Origin: an uncultured Bdellovibrionales bacterium
GTDB lineage: Bacteria > Bdellovibrionota_C > UBA2361 > SZUA-149 > CAYOZL01
DNA: 64,000 bases
Reading direction: 5' to 3'
Assembly (NCBI GenBank): GCA_964408435.1
Contig: CAYOZL010000002.1
Coordinates: forward strand, 344 to 64,343
The notes beneath the pieces are model-generated. The model saw only the letters and a list, made by a program, of their open reading frames with translations. It ran no database searches and was not told the origin of the DNA. The translations under genes were made by a program, and so were the position numbers. This document shows positions 10,201 through 20,555 of the stretch, in pieces. Numbering within the stretch: the first letter of the stretch is position 1; every line of letters starts with the position of its first letter.

Positions 10201-12009
10201 TTAATCACTAGTTTGCTTCTTCTCATTTAACCTAATACCAAGCTCCATAAGCTGTTCAACTGAAGCTGAAGTTGGCGCTGAAACCATTAAGTCTTGACCT
10301 CTTTGAGTTTTAGGAAAAGCAATTACATCTCTAATTGATTCAACATTATTTAGAATCATCGCAATCCTATCCAGTCCTAGCGCAATACCACCATGTGGTG
10401 GTGCTCCAAATGAGAGTGCATCGAGTAAAAATCCAAATTTTTTCTTCGCATCTTCTTTAGAGATACCTAGAAGATTAAATATTTTAGATTGAATTTCTGA
10501 ATCATGGATTCTAATACTACCACCACCAATCTCTTGGCCGTTTAGTACTATATCGTATGCTCTTGCCCTTACCTTAGAAAGATCTGCTTTAGAGATATCT
10601 CCTTTAGAATTATCACTTCCTAGGTTATCCAAATCCTCTTCTAATGGTGAAGTAAAAGGATGATGAACAGAAACATATCTGCCAAGCTCTGGACTATGTT
10701 CGAACAATGGAAATTTTTCTACCCATAAAAAGCTAAATTTATCTGAATCAATTAAATCTAATTTTTTTGCTAAATGTGTCCTCAGGTTACCTAAAGCAGG
10801 GTTAGTTATACCTTCTTGGTCAGCTATGAATAAAATCAAATCACCATTTTCTACTTTGAGTAAATCTTTTATTGATTTTAATTCGTCTTCATTAAAAAAC
10901 TTAACAATAGATGATTTAAACTCATCATCTTCATATTTAAGCCAAGCTAGCCCTTTTGCTCCGTAATTTTTAACGTAGTTAGTTAGATCATCAATTTCTT
11001 TTCTAGAGAAACTAGAAGCATTCTTTGCATTTATTGCTTTAATCAGACCATTGCTATTAAGAGTATCTTTAAAGACTTTAAAATCACTATTAGCAAAGAC
11101 TTCATTTAATTCTACTAATTCCATCTCGAATCTCATATCAGGAGCATCGAGACCAAATCTAGACATTGCTTCTTTGTAAGATATTCTAAGTAGAGGTAAT
11201 TCCACATTGTAATCTAGAGTTTCTTTCCAAATTGTAGCTACTAAATTCTCAGCTAAATTTTGAATGTCATTTTCATCAACAAAAGACATTTCCATATCAA
11301 TTTGGGTAAACTCAGGTTGTCGATTTGCTCTTAAATCCTCATCTCTAAAGCACTTTACAATTTGATAATATTTATCAAGGCACGCACACATTAAAACTTG
11401 TTTAAATAACTGTGGAGACTGAGGAAGAGCATAAAATTCCCCAGGACTAATTCTACTTGGCACTAAGAAATCCCTAGCACCTTCAGGAGTAGGCTTAGTT
11501 AAGATTGGTGTTTCTACTTCACAAAAACCTTCAGAATCTAAATAATTCCTCACTGATTTGTAGATTGAATGTCTAAGTCTAAGCCTTTTTTGCATTTCAG
11601 GTCTTCTTAGATCCAAATATCTATATTTTAATCTTAGTTCTTCTTTAGCCTCAATATTATCTTGAATTAGAAAAGGAGGAGTTTCAGATTTAGATAGTAG
11701 TTCAATTTTACTAACCTCAAGTTCCACTTCACCTGTTTCCATTTCAGGGTTAATAGTTCCTTCAGGTCTGCTTAAAACTTTTCCACTAACAGATATTACA
11801 TACTCAGAGCGTAGAGCTTCAGCTATTTCGAATGAGCTTTTATTCTCTGGCTTAAATACTATTTGAGCACTTCCGGAATAATCTGATAATTCTATGAAAA
11901 TCAATCCACCATGATCTCTTCTTCTTCTAACCCAGCCAGAAAGAGTAATTTCTTGATTTAATAATTCTGTATTTATCAAACCACAGCTATTAGTTCTAAA
12001 TTTTTGCAA
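10201..12009 (-). CDS. aspS: aspartate--tRNA ligase
   Basis: The N-terminal anticodon-binding OB fold (LSGWVRRRRDHGGLIFIELSDYSG) and class II catalytic motifs (FRDEDLR, GGGSIRIHD) are present. The protein is 602 aa. Confidence 0.95.
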   Translation of the reverse strand: MQKFRTNSCGLINTELLNQEITLSGWVRRRRDHGGLIFIELSDYSGSAQIVFKPENKSSFEIAEALRSEYVISVSGKVLSRPEGTINPEMETGEVELEVSKIELLSKSETPPFLIQDNIEAKEELRLKYRYLDLRRPEMQKRLRLRHSIYKSVRNYLDSEGFCEVETPILTKPTPEGARDFLVPSRISPGEFYALPQSPQLFKQVLMCACLDKYYQIVKCFRDEDLRANRQPEFTQIDMEMSFVDENDIQNLAENLVATIWKETLDYNVELPLLRISYKEAMSRFGLDAPDMRFEMELVELNEVFANSDFKVFKDTLNSNGLIKAINAKNASSFSRKEIDDLTNYVKNYGAKGLAWLKYEDDEFKSSIVKFFNEDELKSIKDLLKVENGDLILFIADQEGITNPALGNLRTHLAKKLDLIDSDKFSFLWVEKFPLFEHSPELGRYVSVHHPFTSPLEEDLDNLGSDNSKGDISKADLSKVRARAYDIVLNGQEIGGGSIRIHDSEIQSKIFNLLGISKEDAKKKFGFLLDALSFGAPPHGGIALGLDRIAMILNNVESIRDVIAFPKTQRGQDLMVSAPTSASVEQLMELGIRLNEKKQTSD

Positions 12010-12010
12010 T

Positions 12011-13099
12011 TTACATATCTCCTAAGTTTTTTTTTGCTTCTAAATTATCAGGGTTCAAATCTAGAGACATAAAAAAGTATTGTTTAGCATTTTCTTTATC
12101 ACCTAGTAAACTTTTTATTATGCCATAATTATTTAAAGCCGAACTATCGTTTTTAATGATATCAAGGTGTTTATCAAAAGATTTTAAATGTTCTTGGTTT
12201 TTAGTAAAAGCAACTGCCCATAGAAATGACTTAACTATTTCAGGATTCTTACTATTAGCTTTAAATAGCTTTAATAAGGTATCAAAAGAATTACTTTTTT
12301 CTAGCTTAATTTCAGTTAACAATTTTGAAATTAAAACATTAGTGTCCTTTTTAATGTTAATAGATTTATTAAATAAATCTATTGCTTTTTGATTATTGTT
12401 TTTTTGTAATTCTATTAATCCTTCGCAGTAATAGATATCATGATTTTTGTTGTTTCCTAAACTACTTAGTAACTTTTTTGCTTCTTTGAATTTATTCTGT
12501 TTAATAAAAACTCTACATAAAGAAGAAATTATTTCAGGACTATTATTAATATTAGAACTATTGAAAACAGATTCTAAAGTGATTCTTGCTTCTTCTAATC
12601 TATTTTGCATTTCTAAAGCCAGCGCTAAGTTATAATAATCTTCCTTGCTCTTAGATAATTTAATAGCTTGTTTGTATAGGCTCTCACTTTTTTTAAAATT
12701 ATTATTTTTAAATTCAATAGTAGCAAGCATTGAAAAGGCATAAGCTGAATTAGGCTCTTCTATTATAATACTATTTAATATCTCTTTAGCTTCTTCGTTT
12801 TCATTTTTTGCGATATGTAAATTTGCAGAAGCTAATTTAGTTAATGGACTCTTGTTAGAATTTTTTAAAGTTTTACGAGCTTTTTCAAAAGCATTTTTGC
12901 TTATTAAGTGCTCAACGTACTTATATACTATTTGTTCAGAACCTGGACATAAGGAGTAAGATTTGGCTATATCTTTTTCTATTAAGTGAATCGCCTGCTT
13001 GCAATCTTGATTTTGTACTTCAGAGCAAAGAGCGGTAGTGCTTAAGGCAAAGAGTATAATAAAGAGAAAGACAAAGTTAAATACTAACTTATTAAACAT
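12011..13099 (-). CDS. tetratricopeptide-repeat protein with signal peptide
   Basis: Multiple TPR-like helical repeats (AxxxLGxxxxxxxxYxEA patterns) and an N-terminal signal sequence. It overlaps aspS and the aminotransferase gene by only a few nucleotides. Confidence 0.65.
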   Translation of the reverse strand: MFNKLVFNFVFLFIILFALSTTALCSEVQNQDCKQAIHLIEKDIAKSYSLCPGSEQIVYKYVEHLISKNAFEKARKTLKNSNKSPLTKLASANLHIAKNENEEAKEILNSIIIEEPNSAYAFSMLATIEFKNNNFKKSESLYKQAIKLSKSKEDYYNLALALEMQNRLEEARITLESVFNSSNINNSPEIISSLCRVFIKQNKFKEAKKLLSSLGNNKNHDIYYCEGLIELQKNNNQKAIDLFNKSINIKKDTNVLISKLLTEIKLEKSNSFDTLLKLFKANSKNPEIVKSFLWAVAFTKNQEHLKSFDKHLDIIKNDSSALNNYGIIKSLLGDKENAKQYFFMSLDLNPDNLEAKKNLGDM

Positions 13100-14286
13100 T
13101 TTATTTTCTCCATAGCTAGTCTAATTTGAGGCTCATCAGCAATAGCAGCTACTCTAATATAACTAGAACTGTTTTTATCAAATCCTGAACCTGGGCAAAT
13201 AGCTATATTTTGTTTTTGAAGTAATTCATTAGCAAATTCACTAGAATTACCTTTAAAGTCCTTAGGTAACTTTGCCCAAGAAAAGACTGCAGAATTTACA
13301 GGAGCTACTTCAAAATTATTCGACTTAAGTGAGTTAGAAATAAGTTCCAAACGAGTTTGATAAATACTCTTATTGTTTTCTATACTTTCAATTGCAGTGT
13401 CGTAATGTTCAGATAAGAATTTAGATACTGCAATTTGAACCGCTTGAAATGCTCCGAAATCAATATAACTTTTTATTTTCTTTAATGCTCGAATGGCATT
13501 AGAGTTCCCTACCGTAAAGCCTATTCTCCATCCTGCTAGACCTAGTCCTTTCGAAAGAGAATATGTTTCTACGCAGCAATCCTTAGCTCCTTTAACACTT
13601 AACAAGCTAATACCTGGCTTATCAAATACTAAATCACCGTAAGCAAAATCATTAATTACTAAAACATTATTTTTCTTAGCAAAAGCAACAAGCTTTTCAT
13701 AAAAACATTTTGTAGCAATTGTATTAGTTGGGTTATTAGGAAAGTTAATTAATAAAGCCTTAGGTTTTGGCCAAGTTTTATTATAGATATTATTTAATTT
13801 TTCAAAGAAATTAGATTTTTCATCTAGATTATAATTACCCTCTTCAAGTGGCACTCCAATAAAACCCGCACCTGAAATAGCAGTTGCTGCAGAAAGTATT
13901 GGGTAAGCAGGCGTTGGAACGAGTATTGTATCCCCTACTCCAGCAATAGCTAGTAAGAGGTGCGAAATGCCTTCTTTTGAGCCTAGAGTTATAACAATCT
14001 CTTCATCTTCGTAGAGCTCAACTTCAAATCTTTTTTTATACCAATGCTTAGCTGTTTGGCGTAATTTTAATATACCTTGAGATGATGAATATGAGTGGTT
14101 ACTTTTTCTTAAACAAGACTCAACTAATAAGTCGATAGCAATATTAGAAATTGGCAAATTTGGTCTTATATTACTAAGGTCAATTACCTCATTGCCTTGT
14201 TCTCTGTGTATTTTAACAGAGTTTGCAATCTTACCCAGCTCATAAGGTGGCAAGGAGAAAGCTGGAAAGCTAGTGTCTTCCGGCAT
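13084..14286 (-). CDS. class I/II PLP-dependent aminotransferase
   Basis: YSLSKGLGLAGWRIGF carries the PLP lysine motif, and NPTN and the fold-type I architecture are present. Substrate specificity cannot be determined. Confidence 0.8.
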   Translation of the reverse strand: MPEDTSFPAFSLPPYELGKIANSVKIHREQGNEVIDLSNIRPNLPISNIAIDLLVESCLRKSNHSYSSSQGILKLRQTAKHWYKKRFEVELYEDEEIVITLGSKEGISHLLLAIAGVGDTILVPTPAYPILSAATAISGAGFIGVPLEEGNYNLDEKSNFFEKLNNIYNKTWPKPKALLINFPNNPTNTIATKCFYEKLVAFAKKNNVLVINDFAYGDLVFDKPGISLLSVKGAKDCCVETYSLSKGLGLAGWRIGFTVGNSNAIRALKKIKSYIDFGAFQAVQIAVSKFLSEHYDTAIESIENNKSIYQTRLELISNSLKSNNFEVAPVNSAVFSWAKLPKDFKGNSSEFANELLQKQNIAICPGSGFDKNSSSYIRVAAIADEPQIRLAMEKIKCLIS

Positions 14287-15121
14287 GATAGCTGCTTCTT
14301 ACAAGTGGGCCAATAAATACTTTTTCTATTCCGATATTCTTTGCTATTTCAGAGTAATCTTCAAACTCACTAGGCTCAAGGTATTTCTCAACCTCTAAAT
14401 GTTTTAAAGTTGGTCTCATATATTGACCAGCTGTAAAGATATCAATGCTGTGTTCTTTGCAATCTTTTATTAATTCAAGCACTTCCTCTTTTTTTTCACC
14501 TAGACCAAGCATAATTCCAGTTTTTGTTTTGATCTCTGAATTATAGTCTTTAACTATTTTTAGTAGTTTTAATGAATTCTTATAATTCGCTCCTGGTCTG
14601 ACTTTTCTATACAGTCTTGGAACAGTCTCTAAATTATGATTAATCACATCAACTTCAGTTTTAGCGATACTTAGTATTGAATCTTCGTTCATTCTAAAAT
14701 CTGGTATTAATACTTCTACTTTTATATTAGGTATTTCTTTTTTTAGTAGATTGATATTTTCAACAAATCCACTTGCTCCACCATCAGCTAAATCATCTCT
14801 AGCAACACTCGTAATAACCACATACTTAAGCTCAAGTGTTCTAACGGCATCAAGAACTGAGTGTGCTTCTTTTTTAAAGTTATCCTCTGGCATTAAAGGC
14901 TTTCCAGTATTAACTGAACAAAATCTACAACCTCTAGTGCAGATATCTCCTAGAATCATAAATGTGGCAGTACCACTAGAGAAGCATTCCTCAATATTTG
15001 GGCATCTGGCCTCCTCACAAACAGTATTTAAAGAAGACTTCCTAAGAATCCTCTTTAAATTTTCTGTTCTAGTTGAGTTCCCAGTACTTTTCTTTAACCA
15101 CTGAGGTAATCTTTGAGTCAT
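14270..15121 (-). CDS. lipA: lipoyl synthase
   Basis: CEEARCPNIEEC and the radical-SAM motif CTRGCRFC. Confidence 0.95.
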   Translation of the reverse strand: MTQRLPQWLKKSTGNSTRTENLKRILRKSSLNTVCEEARCPNIEECFSSGTATFMILGDICTRGCRFCSVNTGKPLMPEDNFKKEAHSVLDAVRTLELKYVVITSVARDDLADGGASGFVENINLLKKEIPNIKVEVLIPDFRMNEDSILSIAKTEVDVINHNLETVPRLYRKVRPGANYKNSLKLLKIVKDYNSEIKTKTGIMLGLGEKKEEVLELIKDCKEHSIDIFTAGQYMRPTLKHLEVEKYLEPSEFEDYSEIAKNIGIEKVFIGPLVRSSYHAGRH

Positions 15122-15148
15122 TATTCTATTACCACTATCAGCACCCTA

Positions 15149-15733
15149 TTACTGAGATCTAGGTGCTAGTATATCTTGAATTTTAATTGCCTTATCCATA
15201 CTCCCATCAACTTTAATCTTCTTAGATAACAAAGCTAACTGTGGATTTAATTTTCCATTAACTATTTCTAGAAAATCTCTAGAATCTATTTCAAGAGTTA
15301 CTTCAGGATCCTTTGAGCTTTTATTAATTTCTAAATCTTGATCAATTTCTAATAACCATTCACCTTCTTGACCTAAATCAAGCTTGTAAATTCCTTTAAG
15401 TGGCCCTAGCTCTTCAGGCTCTATAATATCAAATCGGTATAATACTTCAGTATTAAAAAATTCTTTTGCAGATGCTACTCCACTTTTCTTATAGCGTTTA
15501 TTGCCTCTAGCTTCCTCTTCTTCATCGAAGTCTTCATCATCATTTTCATCTTCAGAAGAATTTCCTTGTGCTTCAATATCATCAGATTCACTAGTAATAT
15601 CACTATTTGAATCTTCATTTGCCTCAATATTTTCTGTTTCCTGCTCAGCTAGATTTTCATCTGTATTCTTCGCTTCTTGCTCATTAGATTCTTGTTCTGC
15701 TACATCTTCGTTTTGTAATTCTTCGTCACTCAT
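15149..15733 (-). CDS. SCP2 sterol-carrier-like domain protein with an acidic N-terminal tail
   Basis: The C-terminal portion (KLNPQLALLSKKIKVDGSMDKAIKI) resembles the SCP-2 fold. The N-terminal ~90 aa are strongly acidic and low-complexity. Confidence 0.55.
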   Translation of the reverse strand: MSDEELQNEDVAEQESNEQEAKNTDENLAEQETENIEANEDSNSDITSESDDIEAQGNSSEDENDDEDFDEEEEARGNKRYKKSGVASAKEFFNTEVLYRFDIIEPEELGPLKGIYKLDLGQEGEWLLEIDQDLEINKSSKDPEVTLEIDSRDFLEIVNGKLNPQLALLSKKIKVDGSMDKAIKIQDILAPRSQ

Positions 15734-15835
15734 AAATATATATGCTCATTGTTAAGAAAATTAATCTTATCTGGATTAAATACTATAAAAAACATAATAT
15801 AATCGAGATTTTAAATAATTAAAAGAGACCTCATT

Positions 15836-16450
15836 TTGATAGAGAATACTAACAGCCCTACTAGCAAAGTAGCAGTAATTACAGGTACTATTGGTTCTGG
15901 CAAGAGCACTGTTTGTCAGATCCTTGAGAGTTTAGGTGCAAAAATAGTATATGCAGACCAACTTGCTAAAGAAGCTTTAAATAATACAGCAATTAATCAG
16001 ATTGTTGAAACTTTTGGTTCTGAAGTTGTAGTAGAGAATAAAATTAATAGAGAGAAACTAGCAGAATTAATTTTTAAAAATCCTGAGAAGAAAAAACAAT
16101 TAGAAAACTTAATTCACCCAATTGTTAGAGAAAAATCTAATTTACTTTTTAAAAAGTACATTAAGGAAGGACAAAAAGTTATAGTATACGAATGTCCATT
16201 ATTTTTTGAATCTGGTTTAGACCCTAAAGATTATAAAGAAGTTATACTTGTTAATACTGACGAAAAGGAAGGAATTAATAGAGCAAGCATAAGAGATAAT
16301 TTATCTAAAGACAAAATAAAACTTAGAAGTAGTGCTCAAATGCTTAATACAGAAAAAGTAGATTTATGTACTTACATATTAGATAACAATAAAGGAAATG
16401 AAGAGTTAAAAATAGAAGTAGAAAAGTTATTTAATAAATTGATAATCTAA
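15836..16450 (+). CDS. coaE: dephospho-CoA kinase
   Basis: The P-loop VITGTIGSGKSTV and the overall CoaE architecture. Confidence 0.9.
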   Translation: MIENTNSPTSKVAVITGTIGSGKSTVCQILESLGAKIVYADQLAKEALNNTAINQIVETFGSEVVVENKINREKLAELIFKNPEKKKQLENLIHPIVREKSNLLFKKYIKEGQKVIVYECPLFFESGLDPKDYKEVILVNTDEKEGINRASIRDNLSKDKIKLRSSAQMLNTEKVDLCTYILDNNKGNEELKIEVEKLFNKLII

Positions 16451-16458
16451 ATCAGATT

Positions 16459-18465
16459 CTAAACTAATTCCTTTAATCTTGTTATATTTATTATATCAAT
16501 TCCCAATTTTTTTGCTTTTTCATGCTTAGAGCCAGGGTCTTTGCCTAATACAAGATAACTCGTCTTTTTACTTATGCTGCTTGTAACTTTTCCACCTTGT
16601 GAAGTAATGAATTTCTTAAGATCATCTCTAGATTCATTTTCAAAACTTCCAGTAATAACAAAAGTCTTGCTTTCTAATTTATTTCCTAATTTTTCCTCAT
16701 GGCTAAAGATACATAAACTCTCTAGTTCTTCTAATTGTTCAATATTATTTGAAAAATACTCTTTAATAGATTCAGATACTTTAGGACCAATGTCATTTAC
16801 TTTTTCTAAGTCTTCAATTTTGGCATTACTTAGCTTCTCAATACTGTCAAAATTTTGAGCGAGTATTTCTGCAGAACGAACACCAATATGTCTAATACCA
16901 AGAGCATAAATAAATCTAGAAAAACTAATGTTCTTGCTTTTTTCAATTTCACTAAGAATATTCTCAGATAGTTTATCTCCCATTCTTTCTAGCTTCATTA
17001 AGTCATCTTTTTTTAAATTTAATATGTCAGAGAAATCATTAATTAATTTATCAGTATATAGTTTGTTAATTAGTTTTGTACCTAGTCCTTCAATGTTAAA
17101 GGCATTCTTGCTAACAAAGTGTTCTAAAGATTGAATAAGTTTTGCTGGGCATTTATTATTAATACAATAAGTGACAGCGTCAATTTTTTCTAAATTTCCA
17201 TTACATTCTGGACAAGTATTTGGGAAAATATATTTTTTCTCTTTATCAGTTCTTTTATCTAATAAAACTGAAGTCACAGCAGGAATAACATCACCTTGTC
17301 GTTTTACTATTACTGAATCTCCAATTCTAATATCTTTCCTTTCAATCTCATCTTTATTATGAAGAGTTGCTCTTGAGACTATTACTCCAGAGATACTAAC
17401 AGGATTAAGCTCCGCAACTGGTGTTATTGCTCCTGTTCTTCCTACCTGTATAGAAATATCGTTTACTATTGATACGGCCTCACCTGGCTTAAATTTCAAC
17501 GCGACAGCCCACCTAGGGCTTTTAGATCTCGAACCAAGCTCCTCCTGTATTTCTAAAGAGTCAACTTTAAGTACTAAACCATCTATTTCGTATTCAAGTT
17601 CATCTCTTCTTAATTCTTCTAGCTCGTAGCACTTAACAATGTCTGAAGCTTTAGCAGATACTAGCAAAGGTTTACTAACATCAAAGCCTGTGTCTTTTAA
17701 GTATTTTCTAATCTCACTTTGTTTATTAAATAGTTTATTTTTAGAAACTAGATTGTATGCATAAAATCTTAATGGCCTAGAAGCTGTGATTTTAGTATCA
17801 AGTTGTCTAACACTTCCTGATGCAGCATTTCTTGGATTAGAAAATGTTGCTAACTCTTTACTTTCTTGGTCTTTGTTTAATTTAATAAAATCTTTTTTTC
17901 GAATTAAGATCTCACCTCTTATTTCAACCTCTTCTTTAAGCTCTATTTTTTTTGGAATATTTTTAATAACAAAAGCATTCTCAGTAATATTTTCTCCCTT
18001 TTTACCATTGCCTCTAGTTGCAGCTAGTACTAATTTCCCATCTTTATATGTTAGTGAAATAGCAGCTCCATCAAACTTATGTTCTAATAAGTAATTCGTT
18101 TTCGATTCAAGATTTTTTTCTGTCCTCTCTACCCATTTTATGATTTCACTATTATCTTTTGCATTCTCTAACGAAAGCATAGGAAACATATGAGTGATTT
18201 CTTTTAACTCTGAGTTAGTAGTGTCTGCCCCTACCTTATTTAAAACTGAATTATTATTAAAAAAATTGGGGTAATTCTTACTGTAAGTTAAAAGCTCTCT
18301 ATATAGCTTATCGTATTCAGAATCTAAAAGCTTAGATTTATCTTTAATATAATAATCAATATTAGCTTTTGCTAATTTGTTTTCTAAAAAGTTAATTCTT
18401 TTTTCTATATCTTTTATCTCTTCTTTTTTACTAGGCAAGTATATTCTCCTTTTTAAGAGAATCAA
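16459..18465 (-). CDS. ligA: NAD-dependent DNA ligase
   Basis: The adenylation motif KxDG region, OB fold, Zn-binding cysteines CPECNGNLEK...C, HhH motifs and a C-terminal BRCT domain. The 5' end overlaps the upstream GT gene by 35 nt. Confidence 0.95.
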   Translation of the reverse strand: MILLKRRIYLPSKKEEIKDIEKRINFLENKLAKANIDYYIKDKSKLLDSEYDKLYRELLTYSKNYPNFFNNNSVLNKVGADTTNSELKEITHMFPMLSLENAKDNSEIIKWVERTEKNLESKTNYLLEHKFDGAAISLTYKDGKLVLAATRGNGKKGENITENAFVIKNIPKKIELKEEVEIRGEILIRKKDFIKLNKDQESKELATFSNPRNAASGSVRQLDTKITASRPLRFYAYNLVSKNKLFNKQSEIRKYLKDTGFDVSKPLLVSAKASDIVKCYELEELRRDELEYEIDGLVLKVDSLEIQEELGSRSKSPRWAVALKFKPGEAVSIVNDISIQVGRTGAITPVAELNPVSISGVIVSRATLHNKDEIERKDIRIGDSVIVKRQGDVIPAVTSVLLDKRTDKEKKYIFPNTCPECNGNLEKIDAVTYCINNKCPAKLIQSLEHFVSKNAFNIEGLGTKLINKLYTDKLINDFSDILNLKKDDLMKLERMGDKLSENILSEIEKSKNISFSRFIYALGIRHIGVRSAEILAQNFDSIEKLSNAKIEDLEKVNDIGPKVSESIKEYFSNNIEQLEELESLCIFSHEEKLGNKLESKTFVITGSFENESRDDLKKFITSQGGKVTSSISKKTSYLVLGKDPGSKHEKAKKLGIDIINITRLKELV

Positions 18466-19621
18466 TCATTCTAGATTCAACAGATTTCCAATTATATTTT
18501 TTTTGAACAAAATCTCTTCCGTTCTCTCCTAACATATTTGATGAACTTTCACTTTCTAATAAAAACTCTAATGACTTCTTAAAAGATTCGAAGTCTTGAA
18601 AATACAAACCACCACTAGAATCTAAAACATGACGTTTCGTAACATCACAACTCTCTCTAACTATTACAGGTCTTGCTTGTAGCCATGTTTCCATTAGAAC
18701 AATTGAAAAAGATTCATTTATTGATGGTTGAACAAGAGCCAAGCAATTTGCCATGCAATCATGTTTTTCTTGTTCAGAGACGAATCCTAAATCTTTAACG
18801 CCAATTGGTAAACTTTCTAAAAAATTAATCTCACCAGAGCCTATTAAATGTAGTTTTAATTTATTTTTTCTAAATTCCTCAGGTAGCTTAGAGTAGTAAT
18901 CAATTAGTAAGTCTAGACCCTTGCCTGTTTCTTTCCTCCCTGAGTAGAGGATGTAAGGAACACTATTACTAGTAGTATTTGATTCTGCTTTAACAAAACC
19001 CATTCCTACTTCGTATCCTTTGTTAGAAATACTATATATTTTTTTTGCCAATTCTTTTTCTGGTAAAGAATTATAAAATACACTTTTAACTTTTAAAAAT
19101 AGTTCTCTAAAACAATCGAGATAAGCATATCTCTCATCATGTAGACAAGGTATTAGCACTGTATTCTCAGGTGAAATCATTGCAGACCAAAAAGAAATAG
19201 GAAATAAATAAGGTCCAATTAAAATCAAATCGTAATTTTTTTTATTCTGATTTAGAAAACTATATAAACTCTTAGAATTAACACCAGATTTCAACCATTG
19301 AAACTGTTCATCTAATGAAAGGGCCACACCTTTACTAATTTCATTTTCATAAAATGCAAATTTCTCAATATTTAATTCTTCTACTGGAAATCTTCTAATT
19401 GTTAATCTTCCTTTTTTTTCCATTCCAGCTTCAAGTTCATTTTTCCATGTTCTATGATCTTTAACGCAGGTGGTAATAACATCAATGTTTTTGAATAAAT
19501 CTTCTCTTGGTAAAAATATATTATCTACGTAGGATTTAATTAGAGTTTCAGCACCTCCACCAATCGACTCAAGGTATCTAGGTACAACAATTGCAATAGA
19601 AATTTTATTCATTGAGCTCAA
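18431..19621 (-). CDS. glycosyltransferase family 4 (GT-B, RfaG-like)
   Basis: The EX7E-like C-terminal motif (LETWLQARPVIV) and a typical GT4 N-terminus (ISIAIVVPRY..GGAE). Confidence 0.7.
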   Translation of the reverse strand: MSSMNKISIAIVVPRYLESIGGGAETLIKSYVDNIFLPREDLFKNIDVITTCVKDHRTWKNELEAGMEKKGRLTIRRFPVEELNIEKFAFYENEISKGVALSLDEQFQWLKSGVNSKSLYSFLNQNKKNYDLILIGPYLFPISFWSAMISPENTVLIPCLHDERYAYLDCFRELFLKVKSVFYNSLPEKELAKKIYSISNKGYEVGMGFVKAESNTTSNSVPYILYSGRKETGKGLDLLIDYYSKLPEEFRKNKLKLHLIGSGEINFLESLPIGVKDLGFVSEQEKHDCMANCLALVQPSINESFSIVLMETWLQARPVIVRESCDVTKRHVLDSSGGLYFQDFESFKKSLEFLLESESSSNMLGENGRDFVQKKYNWKSVESRMIDSLKKENILA

Positions 19622-20550
19622 TGTATAAAATGAAATAGATCATTAGACAAATTCTTATCAATAGAGGAATTGATTACTTTTTTTGAATTTTCTTTTAGTT
19701 CTAATAGTTTTTTCTGATGGGCATTTAGCAAACCCTCGATCTTTGATTCAAGTATTAATTCTAAATGCTTAGCAATGTCTTTTTCTAAGTGATTTTTTGA
19801 TTCTTTTAGTATCTCATCTTTTAAAACTTTAACTTTATCTGATTCTTTATCTAGAGCTTCAATTGTTTTCTCAATTATTTGACTACTATTTAATCCTCTT
19901 TTAACATTAATTTGATTTAAGAAATCTTTTTCTTGAAATATTACTGGTCTTAAATTTTCCAATGCTCTAATTGTTTTTAAATCAATTTTTTCTAAGCAAA
20001 CACTAATTTCATTACCTGTTTCGTTTAATTCAGGATACTCAGAGTTTAGACTTATTGGATAGTTGATACTTAAGTCATAGCTAGTAAAATTATTAATTCC
20101 AATAACATTCCCCTTAGTAAGATTTGTATAGTAGATTGGGAATATCTTTTTGTAGATATCTAAAGACCAACCTAGCATATGGTAGTTACCAACATTTATG
20201 TCTAAATTTTTAAAATATTTTTCTAGTAATTCTTTATATACAATTCCATTAGTGTGGTGAGACAGTGAGTTAAATAATAAATTATTAAGAGTATTTGAGA
20301 AAAGTATTTTAATACCAGGATAATAACTAGAGAGCTCAAATGAAAAATTAGAATCCAACTCGTCTTCTATTAAAAAAATACAAAAATCAAACATTTTTGC
20401 ATTAAAATATTGATATGTCTTTTGGTTAAATATTGAAATATTTAGATTTAAATGTTTAGCAAGCTTGTTTGTAAAGTTATTTGATAAAGATTCAGTATTT
20501 GAGTTTGAAAACCAAGCTACCTTTAAAGTAGAGTTTTTTAAGCTTTCCAA
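19618..20550 (-). CDS. hypothetical protein (operonic with the GT4)
   Basis: 4-nt overlap with the downstream GT4 gene. No recognised domain. The C-terminus is coiled-coil-like. Confidence 0.4.
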   Translation of the reverse strand: MESLKNSTLKVAWFSNSNTESLSNNFTNKLAKHLNLNISIFNQKTYQYFNAKMFDFCIFLIEDELDSNFSFELSSYYPGIKILFSNTLNNLLFNSLSHHTNGIVYKELLEKYFKNLDINVGNYHMLGWSLDIYKKIFPIYYTNLTKGNVIGINNFTSYDLSINYPISLNSEYPELNETGNEISVCLEKIDLKTIRALENLRPVIFQEKDFLNQINVKRGLNSSQIIEKTIEALDKESDKVKVLKDEILKESKNHLEKDIAKHLELILESKIEGLLNAHQKKLLELKENSKKVINSSIDKNLSNDLFHFIH

Positions 20551-20555
20551 AATTT

